Below the pieces are notes generated by a model, which was not told the DNA's origin, did not search any database, and saw only the letters and a list, made by a program, of their open reading frames with translations. A DNA stretch of 63,529 nucleotides, counting the filler, from Globobulimina sp. (lineage: Eukaryota): the NCBI GenBank assembly GCA_003354225.1. It is 11 parts of 11 records of this genome, joined end to end, with 100 filler letters (N's around TTAATTAATTAA, not from the genome) between each part and the next. Parts side by side here need not be neighbours in the genome. Positions count along the whole stretch, not along the records: positions 11,601 to 17,292 come from PIVH01000465.1; positions 17,393 to 23,080 come from PIVH01000466.1; 9 more parts are not named here. The stretch is one strand, 5' to 3'. Positions 12,576-23,180 of the stretch are shown here, one piece after another; the stretch's first letter is position 1; each line of letters starts with the position of its first letter. Position numbers and translations under genes: made by a program.

Positions 12576-13700
12576 TTAACATGCATGTACTTGTTTCATT
12601 AGTTCAAATTGACAATTACCAGAAAATAATATTATTGGATAATATGTCTGATTTTTTTCTAAGCTCATTGCTTTCCGAACCTGTACACCATTTAAATAGA
12701 ATTTAATTCTCCACTCTACCAAGTTCAAACATACTTGAATTATATCACCGGTGCTCCAGCCAATCTTATTATTCTTATAATTACTCAAATCTCTGTAACA
12801 ACGTTTTAAACCATCACTATTAAACGATCCATAATAAATGGAGTTTGTACACAATTCGTTTCCATAAACAGCTCTCGCTCCAAACTTCTCTGTTTCGGCA
12901 ATACCATTTTTATTAATTTTAATACAATCAATGTCTGCAATGCCATCTTTATTAATAATGCCGATTTCCTGTCGACAAACATCACATTTTAATATCTTTA
13001 TTGCCCATTCATAATAGCCACCGTGCTCTAAACCTGTTGATGATAATAAACAAACTCTTTTATTATAACTTGTTGCTACATCAAAATAAATATATTTCTT
13101 TGTTATAGCAGAAAGATTATGAAAAATGTGCGTTTCCAATAATGCCGCCGTATCCAATACATCTGAATTATCAGAATCTTCATCTGTTTCCGGATCCAAC
13201 TTTGTATCATTACTTGCAATTGCGGATTTATCGCAATTAAGCGTTTCTTTCTTGTTAAGCATAGTTGTGGCAGTTAATAATGGTGAGAATGGGGAATAGG
13301 ATGAGTGTGCATTATATGATGGTATATTTATACCACTTATTGGTGTAATTGGCGTAACTGCTGTTATTTCAGTGCACGTGTTAATAATTTCAACATCGAT
13401 TTTGGTATTTACTGTATGTGCACGTGTTGATAATGGTTTTTTTAATGTGATGTAAAATGGTAATTTCTGGTTGTATAAAATGTACTGAATGTCTTTGAAT
13501 GCAAATTGTATGGAAGCTGTAATTTCTTGTATTGATGCGTCATTGATGGATATTAATATATCACCAACAGATATTCCGGACTTTCCGCCAAATTGGTTGT
13601 CAATTACTTCAGATACGATATATGGATTTTGGTCATTATCACCAACACAAAAGTCAATTCCTAACAATCTTTGCGTTATTTCAACGGAATATTCAGCCAT
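12576..13700 (-). CDS. PDZ-like domain plus SPRY/B30.2-like domain protein
   Basis: LGIDF...VSEV...ISVGDILISIND (PDZ-like); GYYEWAIKI...QEIGII...WSTGDIIQVCLNL...KFYLNG...YYPII (SPRY-like). Confidence 0.65.
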   Translation of the reverse strand: MAEYSVEITQRLLGIDFCVGDNDQNPYIVSEVIDNQFGGKSGISVGDILISINDASIQEITASIQFAFKDIQYILYNQKLPFYITLKKPLSTRAHTVNTKIDVEIINTCTEITAVTPITPISGINIPSYNAHSSYSPFSPLLTATTMLNKKETLNCDKSAIASNDTKLDPETDEDSDNSDVLDTAALLETHIFHNLSAITKKYIYFDVATSYNKRVCLLSSTGLEHGGYYEWAIKILKCDVCRQEIGIINKDGIADIDCIKINKNGIAETEKFGARAVYGNELCTNSIYYGSFNSDGLKRCYRDLSNYKNNKIGWSTGDIIQVCLNLVEWRIKFYLNGVQVRKAMSLEKNQTYYPIILFSGNCQFELMKQVHAC

Positions 13701-13793
13701 TCAACTACGGTATGAAATTTTGTTAAATAAATCAAAAATAAAAACCATGGCAATCTGGTTTGTTTTGAGTTTATGCTGGTTGGTGCAATTTGT

Positions 13794-15983
13794 TTAGACT
13801 TTCAGGCCCATCTGCAAATCAAAAAGGAAAAATAATAAATAACTCATTTGGGCTAAATCATGCTTACTTTGTTTAAAAGCTTCCACTAATTTCGACCCGG
13901 TCACATCATGCATACGTAGGAATTGTTCGAAATCAGAAAAATTATGCACACCGCATTGCAGTAAATTTTGTCGCCGCGCTTTAAACAAATCCACCACATC
14001 ATTCGTGCTCATCTCATGTATGGGTCGAATCGGAGCATCACCTGCATTCACATTGCGCTGATCCCCCGCCATAAACATCAATAACCGATCAGTAAAGGCA
14101 TCAAATTCATTTTGTGTGATAGTGGGTTGCCATTTTTTCTCTTCAGCTTGCTTTTCTTCGCCTAATATGGCATGCAAATATTGCAAACCATCCTTATCTT
14201 GATTCGCTTCATCCAAATACGTAAACTGCGTCAATTGCGCTAATAATTCCTTATCTTGTTGGAATTTTAACTGTGTCGCATCAAATTTAACGGTTAATAA
14301 ATGGTTCCACGAAGTCACTACGATTTCTAACGAGGTTAAATCATCCGCATCTACGCTGTGCGATAATTTTATCAATTCATTATTCATATAAAATAATGAA
14401 TAAAACTTCTGATTTAAAAAAGTCACAATTAAATTCCGTACATTGGTCAATGAAATTGCACGTGTTTGCGTAATGGGGTCATTGGCAGCAAATATTTGCA
14501 TATGTTTTTCAAACAATCCGTCATCGCGAAATTTATTGTATAATTCGGTTATACACTTCCTATTCTTCGCAATGGTGATCAACCATTGTTTGCTTATATC
14601 GGGCAACAACGGCAGAGATTCTTTATTTTCCTTCCAAAATAATTTCAATTCGTCAATAGTTTTCTCGTCGACATCAGTCATTAATAACTCCAAACGTAGT
14701 CTCCATTGATCATCTTCTAATACTTTCAGTGGGTTCGAGCCCGAATCACGTAATAATTGTTGAAATAACTGCACTGCGTCACGCACCGTCTTGGCTGAAT
14801 CCAATGCGGACATACACTCAAATACAAGCACAATCTGTTTAGCAATGGTATTAATACTCACTCCGTGTGTTTGCACACTTTGAAACATTAAATTCAATTC
14901 TTTCGTAATCGCAACTTCATTTTCATTCGACAACATACCAAAATAATTCTGAATCGTCTTCACCGTCAACCTGTTTTCCGCGATCTCCGATTTGATCACA
15001 GCCCATTGTCCTCGCACTGTGTCCACCAAACCTTTTAATTTCTCCTTCAGATCAAACCTCCTTTCACCTGGACCAAGGCCTCGTAGTTGTCTTTGCATTT
15101 CCTTTCTTTTTTTCAATTCTTCCAAAAATACATAAATCACCGCGTCTGCGCTGTTCTGCGGTACTGTTTCGAAGCCGGTACCGGTTAGTTTTTGTAAATC
15201 ATTCCATTCTGCAAACCATTTTTGTAGAGTAGCTGCGTCGATTTCATCTTTGTGTAACTGTCGACCGGTCAGCTCTTTATTATATATTATCTGCACTAAT
15301 ATTTCTATAATAAAATCTGGCGATACTGACTTAAATTCCTTCCGCATTGACCTCAGCCAATCGGCAATCTCATACGTGCCCATATTACGCAATTGTTCCA
15401 TATTCCATTTCCTTTCCTGTTCATTAATCAACGCCTTCCAGATCGACACACAAATCTTGGAAGTACTCATTTGCTGCATCATTAGTAACAACTTGGCATT
15501 TTGTGCAACTACGCCCCAATTCCCATTAATAATGGCATTCAAGCTTAAATCATGCCAATTTTCTAATTTTATGTAGATTTTATTCAATTCTTTGATATCC
15601 GCCGCCCAAAACATGCGCGAAGGTGCGAAGGTCCAAAAAAATGTATCAATTTGCGATTTGAATAATTTTGCTTTGTTAAACGTTTGGAATAACTGCTCGC
15701 AGCTCGACTGTCGACCGGATGATACCACGCCGCCCGAAGATTGAAAGACATTATGAATATCCGAAAAATTTGTATTTTTAGATAAAATATCCACCACTGC
15801 CACCTCGGTTTGTAGCTGTGCGATATTGGTTAGTTTGGTAATCCAAAATGCATGAAATGCGTCTAACCGATCTTTGGTGGACAATTGATTATAATTTTGG
15901 GTCCTACGCAGCGCAGATAACAATTTGATATATTCTTTACCAGTTTTACTCACTAAATAATTAAGAATGGCATCTGTTTTCAT
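13794..15983 (-). CDS. Uncharacterised helical protein with two SAM-like segments; possibly a fragment of a larger protein
   Basis: 729-codon ORF; MGTYEIADWL...ELTGRQL and EMSTNDVVDLF...HDVTGSKL resemble SAM domains. Confidence 0.5.
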   Translation of the reverse strand: MKTDAILNYLVSKTGKEYIKLLSALRRTQNYNQLSTKDRLDAFHAFWITKLTNIAQLQTEVAVVDILSKNTNFSDIHNVFQSSGGVVSSGRQSSCEQLFQTFNKAKLFKSQIDTFFWTFAPSRMFWAADIKELNKIYIKLENWHDLSLNAIINGNWGVVAQNAKLLLMMQQMSTSKICVSIWKALINEQERKWNMEQLRNMGTYEIADWLRSMRKEFKSVSPDFIIEILVQIIYNKELTGRQLHKDEIDAATLQKWFAEWNDLQKLTGTGFETVPQNSADAVIYVFLEELKKRKEMQRQLRGLGPGERRFDLKEKLKGLVDTVRGQWAVIKSEIAENRLTVKTIQNYFGMLSNENEVAITKELNLMFQSVQTHGVSINTIAKQIVLVFECMSALDSAKTVRDAVQLFQQLLRDSGSNPLKVLEDDQWRLRLELLMTDVDEKTIDELKLFWKENKESLPLLPDISKQWLITIAKNRKCITELYNKFRDDGLFEKHMQIFAANDPITQTRAISLTNVRNLIVTFLNQKFYSLFYMNNELIKLSHSVDADDLTSLEIVVTSWNHLLTVKFDATQLKFQQDKELLAQLTQFTYLDEANQDKDGLQYLHAILGEEKQAEEKKWQPTITQNEFDAFTDRLLMFMAGDQRNVNAGDAPIRPIHEMSTNDVVDLFKARRQNLLQCGVHNFSDFEQFLRMHDVTGSKLVEAFKQSKHDLAQMSYLLFFLFDLQMGLKV

Positions 15984-17220
15984 ATTATTTTCATTCTTCT
16001 TTCGCGCTATTCATTCAACAGATACTTCATGTGAGGTCACAACAGATACTTTATGCATCAATCAAGTGACAAATGAAGGCTTTGGTGATGTAACAAATCG
16101 TTATGCATTTGCAATGCAAACATTCAAAGGATCAGTGATGGTCGCAACACTAAACGCAGTACATGTTCCCGCTGGAATCGTTGCATTTTCATTGGGAAAA
16201 GAATTTGAAACAAAAGGGACACAGATACACCAAGGGAATATAAACAATACTGTATGGAATTGGACAGAAATTGTAAACAAAGGACTTGGAGATATTTGGA
16301 ATTTTGGTGTGAGAAAGTTTGTAATTGCAGGCAATTATATGTATGCAGTGACTGCAAATTATCGATATGGATTTGAAATATGGAGAAGGAGAACCAAAGG
16401 AGAACATGTACAATTTGAGCATGTAATGACTGGCGGGTTTGGTGATAAAAACAACCTCTCTGGTCGAGGCATGATAGTATTTCGTAGCTATTTGTATATT
16501 GGCGCTGAGAATCGGCAAAGTGGCGCAAAACTTTATCGGAGACATTTGACAGAAAATGGAGGTTTTGTGTTTGACTCTTTGTGGCAAGCAATCTCACGGA
16601 ATGGATTTGGCGATGTCAATAATATTTGGATTGGTGATATGATAGAGTTTAATGGTTATTTATATGCAGGCACATTGAATGAAAATGGAATGCAATTATG
16701 GCGAAGTAAAGATGGTACTACGTTTGAAAATGTGTTTAAAAATGGAAATGGAAATGGTACAGAGAGCTCGAGTAATACTGCCGTAATGAAATTGTATGTT
16801 TACAATGGTAGATTGTATATTGGAACGATGAATATGTTGAAAGGAGCCAGTTTATATGTGAATAATGACTCTGAAGGATTATTATTTGTTGTTGTGTTTG
16901 TAAATGGAAATGGTAATCATTGGAATGTATATGTGTGGTACATGCAAGACTTTAATGATCGTTTATATGTTGGAACACTGGATTTGAGTGAGGATGGATA
17001 TGGAATTCCAGGCTTTGATTTATTTTCGTCCAAGGAAGCCTTGCCTGGTTCAAATGATTGGATCAATGAAACATTGGATGGATTTCATCATAAAGGACAG
17101 GGTGGAATACGAACGATGGCGGTTACTGAGGATGCTGACACGATGATTATTGGCAGTGCTACTGATCAGCGAGAAAATGGTTGTATTGTGTTTACAGCAA
17201 CTGCAATTGATCGTTCTTGA
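15967..17220 (+). CDS. Secreted beta-propeller repeat protein
   Basis: Signal peptide; about six repeats of F(N/K)G.LY.GT.N..G..LWRS..G..(W/F)....GFG...N. Confidence 0.7.
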   Translation: MASVFILFSFFFRAIHSTDTSCEVTTDTLCINQVTNEGFGDVTNRYAFAMQTFKGSVMVATLNAVHVPAGIVAFSLGKEFETKGTQIHQGNINNTVWNWTEIVNKGLGDIWNFGVRKFVIAGNYMYAVTANYRYGFEIWRRRTKGEHVQFEHVMTGGFGDKNNLSGRGMIVFRSYLYIGAENRQSGAKLYRRHLTENGGFVFDSLWQAISRNGFGDVNNIWIGDMIEFNGYLYAGTLNENGMQLWRSKDGTTFENVFKNGNGNGTESSSNTAVMKLYVYNGRLYIGTMNMLKGASLYVNNDSEGLLFVVVFVNGNGNHWNVYVWYMQDFNDRLYVGTLDLSEDGYGIPGFDLFSSKEALPGSNDWINETLDGFHHKGQGGIRTMAVTEDADTMIIGSATDQRENGCIVFTATAIDRS

Positions 17221-17292
17221 TTATTATTGTTTAGATTAAATGTACCATTTTTATCTTTGACCTCATTCACAAAATGATAAATATATTCATTA

Positions 17293-17392
17293 NNNNNNNN
17301 NNNNNNNNNNNNNNNNNNNNNNNNNNNNNNNNNNNNTTAATTAATTAANNNNNNNNNNNNNNNNNNNNNNNNNNNNNNNNNNNNNNNNNNNN
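17293..17392. other. Artificial contig linker
   Basis: N44-TTAATTAATTAA-N44. Confidence 0.99.
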
Positions 17393-17745
17393 TAAATTGA
17401 TCGAAAAGTGAAAGCAACAGCCAATGGATGGGACGAGAAGTAATAAAGAAAATGTTTCAACTGATTTGAAATTTCTACCACCGGAATTTTAGAAAAAAAT
17501 ATCCATTTGCAAACAATATATCGGAATATCATACAATTTTCAATGCGTACCTAAAAAGCACCCAAACAAAAATTTACAAATATTTGAATAAAAATTTTTA
17601 ATACGACTAAAGCACACAAAACAAAAGGATATATTTGAATATTAATGATTTTGTTTAGGTGTTTGTTTCTTTTTTTAGAAAGTATTGCCTCTGGATAAAG
17701 AAAGTGATTTTGACTGCATTTGAACTTCAAGTAACACACGATCGA

Positions 17746-20376
17746 ATGGCAGAGGATGAGCAGTTATTGCAGAAAGCAACGCTTTTGGAACAAAACTTAG
17801 ATATAAGGAATAGACGATGGAAGCTAAAAACATATAAAAATTGTTTTATTGGCTCAGAAGCATGCCACAAAATAATAGAATTACAGTTAGCCACTACTAT
17901 ATCAGAAGCAATGTCTTTTGGCAATAAATTAATTCAGTGTAATTTACTCAAACATGTGTCGCGCAAACATACATTCCTAAATGATCGTAAATATTACAAA
18001 TTTACAAAGACATTCAAAGAGAAAAACGCACGGAGTAAACCTTACTATACTCCTTCAACACTGACAACAAAGGTTACAATAACAAAAACAGAATATATAG
18101 AGAATGATAGTGATGATATTAATGGATTTCATAATAAATTAGCTCAGGATATATCTTTGGAATTAGATAACGAATTTGAAGAAGCATTGGCTGAAATAAG
18201 TAAAGCCGAATCACCAAAGCATAATCCCGTTAAGTCACATAAAAACATAGTAATATTTCCATGAAAAGTGTTTCTGAAAATCATCTTTAGAAAAGTTGAA
18301 AACTTTTAAACTGAAAACTTCCATCATCTACAAGTCAACAATACAAACTTTACCTTTACCAAAATACTCAGCCATATCAAATGCAAGTGCACAAATCACA
18401 AAGCAGTAATGTTCATCTTCAAAAGCGGTACACCAAAACCAAAGTAATTGGTCGCGGAACCTACGGCACCGTTTATAAAGGCATTGATGGTGACAGTGGG
18501 CAAACTGTTGCCATTAAAGTCATTGATTTAGACTCTACAGAAGATGACATGAACGATATCATGAAAGAGATCATCGCTTTGCGAGAATGTGATAGTAAAT
18601 ATGTCACGCAATATTTTCATTCCTTTAACATCGGTCCTGAACTATGGATTGTGATGGAATATTTAGGCGGTGGCTCAGTTCAAGATTTCTTAGATGCAAA
18701 ATATAAAATAGGTATTGAGGAGGAACATATTGCTACAATAATCCATGAAGTCGTCGCGGGCTTAAATTATATACATTCCTTAAAGAAAATCCATCGCGAC
18801 GTCAAAGCCGCCAATATCTTGTTGACCTCCACTGGCGAAGTAAAACTAGCTGATTTTGGCGTTGTGGGACAATTAACAGAAACTGTGGATAAACGCAATA
18901 CTCTCATTGGCTCCCCTTATTGGTACGCACTACGCATTTCTATATTGTATATAAAACATATTATTATAACATATATATATAAAACTATAATCATAAGGAT
19001 GGCGCCAGAGGTTATTATGCAAGATGCCTACGACCAATCTGTTACGTGCACATCTGTTGCGATTCAGCGATATGTGTAATTTGTCAGTTGCACATGTTTC
19101 TGTATATTGCGAGCCATATCTTTTTACTTTACATCACATAGGCGGACGTATGGTCGCTTGGTATAACTGCGATTGAGATGGCGATGGGAGCGCCGCCATA
19201 CAGCAACTTGCCGCCGTATCCCGCCATGGTGAAAATAACGGACCAGGACCCTCCAAACGTGCCAGAAAGCAAATTCAGCAAAGAATTTCGCGATTTTATC
19301 CGACAATGTCTCACTAAGAAAGTCAACAATCGGCCCAGAATTAACGAATTAACCAAGCATCCATTCTTACAAAAAGCAAAGAAAACCTCTCATTTAATGT
19401 CATTGATTCAGAAACATCAAAGCAAAAAACTTGAATTGTCGGAAAAAAGATCGAGTGAGCCGGACTTGGAAGAATCGGATCATTTTAGTGAACAAAAGAA
19501 CGATTTTAATGCCATTGTAAATAAAAACGGCCTAAATAAGCGGCGCAAAAACCAACGCGATATCAGCGTGGAATGGACCTTTGGCACTGCGGCCACGGGC
19601 TTTGGCGCCACGACACCGAGACCCATCTACGACGATGACGACGACGACCTGGACGCAGGCATTCATTTTAGTGACAACTATGACGATAAACAGGTGTTTG
19701 ATGGCGGTACGTTTTTTCGCGCTGCAGCGGACAATGAAAAGGCAGCAAATGGATATATATCTGATGAAGATGGCGACGATGATGCCGGTTTTGAGGGCGG
19801 TACTATGTTACGGGCCGATACCGGGCACGGTGACGGTGATGGATTTGATGCGGATGCGACGTATTTAAAAATACGTTCGTCGATGAAAGTGAATCAAAAT
19901 ATCGCCGTGCCGCCAAAATTACAGAACTCGCTGTCGAGTATCTCATATTCTATCGGTGTGCAGACGATGGGGACGGAGACTTTTAATAAATCGACACAAA
20001 CACAAACGGGGCACTATGAGAATAAACACGGTGACAATGACAGCGTGTCGGGTTTGGTTGGCATTTATAAAGATATTGATGATTTATTTAACGTATTGAC
20101 AAATCATATCGACAATGATGGACAAACACATTTGGAATCGTTGAGGGAGAAAGTTAAAAAATTAACTCATATGAAGTATGTCCTATATATCTGTGGTGTA
20201 TTTGTGCTGTGAATGACTGAATGTGTATGTATTTTTGTGTTAGAATCACAGAACGAAAAATGAAAAAAGAGAGTGCGAATAGCATTCAGATTGCCAGGGA
20301 TAGGATACAACAGATAAGGAAAAGGAGGGCGGAGGTAAAGCAGAAACATGGTAAAGTAAAACCAATCGATGAATAA
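17746..20376 (+). CDS. DEP domain plus STE20/GCK-family Ser/Thr kinase (multi-exon)
   Basis: DEP: IRNRRWKLKTYKNCFIGSEA...HVSRKHTFLNDRKYYKF. Kinase: GRGTYG, VAIK, HRDVKAANIL, DFG, GSPYWMAPE, ADVWSLG. Introns 18229-18371 and 19041-19141 keep frame; two further introns near 18923 and 20175. Confidence 0.88.
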
Positions 20377-20668
20377 TACAAAAAAATGACTCGATGCATA
20401 TGAGAATAGATTATTATAATTATATATTTTTTACGTATTAGTATAGGATAATGTTTGCATGTTTTTTTTTGCATTGTTTATTGTTTTTTTTTTAATATCA
20501 AACAGTTTCTTTATTTTTATTCAGGAGAATGTTTGTGATTTTATAATTGTGTGTTTGTGTAATCTATCCATTGTTGTGTACAGTGTACTGAAAGGATTAT
20601 AAAATCAAAAATGTTTAGTTGTAACAAAGACTGTGTCTACGATGTTTAGTTGAAAGAGTTTAAAAACT

Positions 20669-22537
20669 GTGTCTACGATGTCACACACCCCTTTCACAAA
20701 AGGAAAACAAGAAAAATTTAAAGAATTATATAAAAAACAATTGTCAGCCTCATCACAAACCAAATCTGAAGATATTATCAATTGGCTAGAAACATATGTC
20801 GTCGACGAACAATTCAATGACACCGACACAATTATACAGGATCTAACCGATCCACAATATTCTGCTATTAAATCCGCAATGCAATCACAATTTAAATGGG
20901 ATAATAGAATGACACAACGTATTATCGATATTCTATTAAATGACATATTCATAGCACCACATCGCAACCACAACAGCAGTACTTCCATAACAATAAACGA
21001 AGAGGAAGAGACCAAAGTATTTTATCCCACTGAGTACCGACGCGAATCATGCAACGAATTAGCAAACGCATTCATTGAAGCCCTCGGCGGCTCTGTTGAA
21101 GAGAATGAATTATTTACGTCTCCAAAAGAGATTGATAGAAACAACAGCTATGAAGATCTAGAACTATCTGATCATATTCGTGAAATCACTCCCAATCCAG
21201 ACAGTTTTATTGAATCCAAATCCAACACACAAGACATTCCACCACCAGCCGGTGCATATTTTACTGACTTATCGTTGTTAAGGAACCCGGGGCCACCGCC
21301 TTTGTCCCGGCATAAAACCACCCACAAAGAAGAAGATGTGATCGAAGACGAAGGCATTGACGATGACTTCCCGGTGCATTTAAACGTGGCTCTATTCCAT
21401 CGCTCTGACGATGAATCGTTAGAATTATTGATCGACAAAGCAGTGTTGGCAATATTTTACGGCGAAAAATTCAAACAATTGTGGACAAAACGTCGGTTCA
21501 TTGAATCCATTTATTCAGATAAATCATTCCCGACTGCGGTGGATAAAGTATTCAATAAAATCGATGATTGTGACAACCACAACGATGACAATAACAATAA
21601 GGGCTTTATTGGCAGTTTTGTGGATAAACATTTTAAACGACAGATCAACGAATATAAGCGGCAAATTGAGACGGGCACAAATGACAATATCTGCGATGAT
21701 AATATTGGTGTTTCGCAAGCGTCAATGAGTAATATTGGTGGTTGTTGGCATGAGTCGGATGAGAAGAGACAATCTGAAAAATATTTTGTGTATTTTCACG
21801 AGAATGTATATATTATACAGGCCAAGAAATCGTACGGCGAGAAGTTGATGACTTTGGAAGCAAAGGAAAATGTCACTTATTCGTGGGCTGTGTGGAAGGT
21901 ATCGACCAAGATAAGGAATGAAAATATTCGTTCTAAGGGCTATTGGGAAGTGATTGAGAAGGAAGAGGATGAGAAACGTTCCAAGAAAATATTGAAGGAG
22001 TTGCGAGTGAATGCTCCGGGATTATTTAAGTTGAAATCTTCTGGGTTTAGCAGTAAAGTATTGGCAGTTCCGTCCAGTTTGAAAGTCATCAAACAAACAC
22101 TGTACACGTCGTCAGTGTCGATCTCGAATAAACCGCCATTGTTTAGAGATATTGCAGGCGCAGTTGGTGGGGAAAAAAAGAAATCAAAATTTCTGTATAT
22201 ACCATTGGTGCATTTACAGCTTATATTTGAGTTAATGCAGTTTCATTATCATTGGAGTATACAGAGTGATATTATGAAAAAAGATTTTGAGAAACAGCAT
22301 CAGAATTTATTGGAAACGCCATTCTATGTTAGGTATTGCAGCAAAAATGAATATCCACCGATAAAACAAGCGGATCGGCTCATTATTGATGGCATTCTGT
22401 ATACGTTGGTGTGGTGGAATGGTGTGGGACAAAGGAAATGCAATGCTTTTTGTGTGCAAATTGGTAGCGAAGCCAGGGAATATTATTACCTTCGATTTAA
22501 AAATGACTACCCGAAATTTAGATGGTATGTTTGGTAA
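20669..22537 (+). CDS. Hypothetical protein
   Basis: 622-codon ORF in AT-rich DNA; no family recognised. Confidence 0.6.
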   Translation: MSTMSHTPFTKGKQEKFKELYKKQLSASSQTKSEDIINWLETYVVDEQFNDTDTIIQDLTDPQYSAIKSAMQSQFKWDNRMTQRIIDILLNDIFIAPHRNHNSSTSITINEEEETKVFYPTEYRRESCNELANAFIEALGGSVEENELFTSPKEIDRNNSYEDLELSDHIREITPNPDSFIESKSNTQDIPPPAGAYFTDLSLLRNPGPPPLSRHKTTHKEEDVIEDEGIDDDFPVHLNVALFHRSDDESLELLIDKAVLAIFYGEKFKQLWTKRRFIESIYSDKSFPTAVDKVFNKIDDCDNHNDDNNNKGFIGSFVDKHFKRQINEYKRQIETGTNDNICDDNIGVSQASMSNIGGCWHESDEKRQSEKYFVYFHENVYIIQAKKSYGEKLMTLEAKENVTYSWAVWKVSTKIRNENIRSKGYWEVIEKEEDEKRSKKILKELRVNAPGLFKLKSSGFSSKVLAVPSSLKVIKQTLYTSSVSISNKPPLFRDIAGAVGGEKKKSKFLYIPLVHLQLIFELMQFHYHWSIQSDIMKKDFEKQHQNLLETPFYVRYCSKNEYPPIKQADRLIIDGILYTLVWWNGVGQRKCNAFCVQIGSEAREYYYLRFKNDYPKFRWYVW

Positions 22538-23013
22538 AATATCATTTGTTTATAATAAATGTATACAATGCAACAAAATATATAGGGATTGGTATGGTAT
22601 GTACTGTGTACTATGTATCCGCAACACCAAAACAAGTTAACATAATTATATATGTTTTTGTGTTGCATGCAAACAAAAAAGATAATGATAAGAGCAAATA
22701 TCAAAAATACTCGCGAGGTGACAATCATTGTGTTTATAAAGAACTGGAAGCGTCGTTTCAAGGTAATATCGATGAGAATTTCCCCGAAAAGGTGTTTTTT
22801 AAAAGTGACGCACTGTATCGACAGAATGAAAATAAACACATGTTTAATATTTGTATATTACCCAAACTAAAGAAAACTTTGCAGAGAGAATCTAAAGCGA
22901 AATCACAGAAAGATTTTGTTTTGAGATTTACTTTTAATCCAAAAAAGAAAAATAGAATAATAAATATCGAACAATTATCAATACAGAAAAATCAACAGCC
23001 ATTTCCAAGGTAA
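22522..23013 (+). CDS. Possible exon of an uncharacterised gene running off the contig
   Basis: 163-codon ORF ending at a GTAAAT donor, with an ACAG acceptor near 23069. Confidence 0.3.
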   Translation: MVCLVKYHLFIINVYNATKYIGIGMVCTVYYVSATPKQVNIIIYVFVLHANKKDNDKSKYQKYSRGDNHCVYKELEASFQGNIDENFPEKVFFKSDALYRQNENKHMFNICILPKLKKTLQRESKAKSQKDFVLRFTFNPKKKNRIINIEQLSIQKNQQPFPR

Positions 23014-23080
23014 ATATATATATTAATTCAACATTTGTTAATATCAAAAGTGAATGTTTTTATATACAGAAATGTTCGGC

Positions 23081-23180
23081 NNNNNNNNNNNNNNNNNNNN
23101 NNNNNNNNNNNNNNNNNNNNNNNNTTAATTAATTAANNNNNNNNNNNNNNNNNNNNNNNNNNNNNNNNNNNNNNNNNNNN
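23081..23180. other. Artificial contig linker
   Basis: N44-TTAATTAATTAA-N44. Confidence 0.99.

Noticed and set aside
20629-20682. 16-bp direct repeat ACTGTGTCTACGATGT around a gene start
   Set aside because: Two copies only; most likely a local slippage duplication with no element between them
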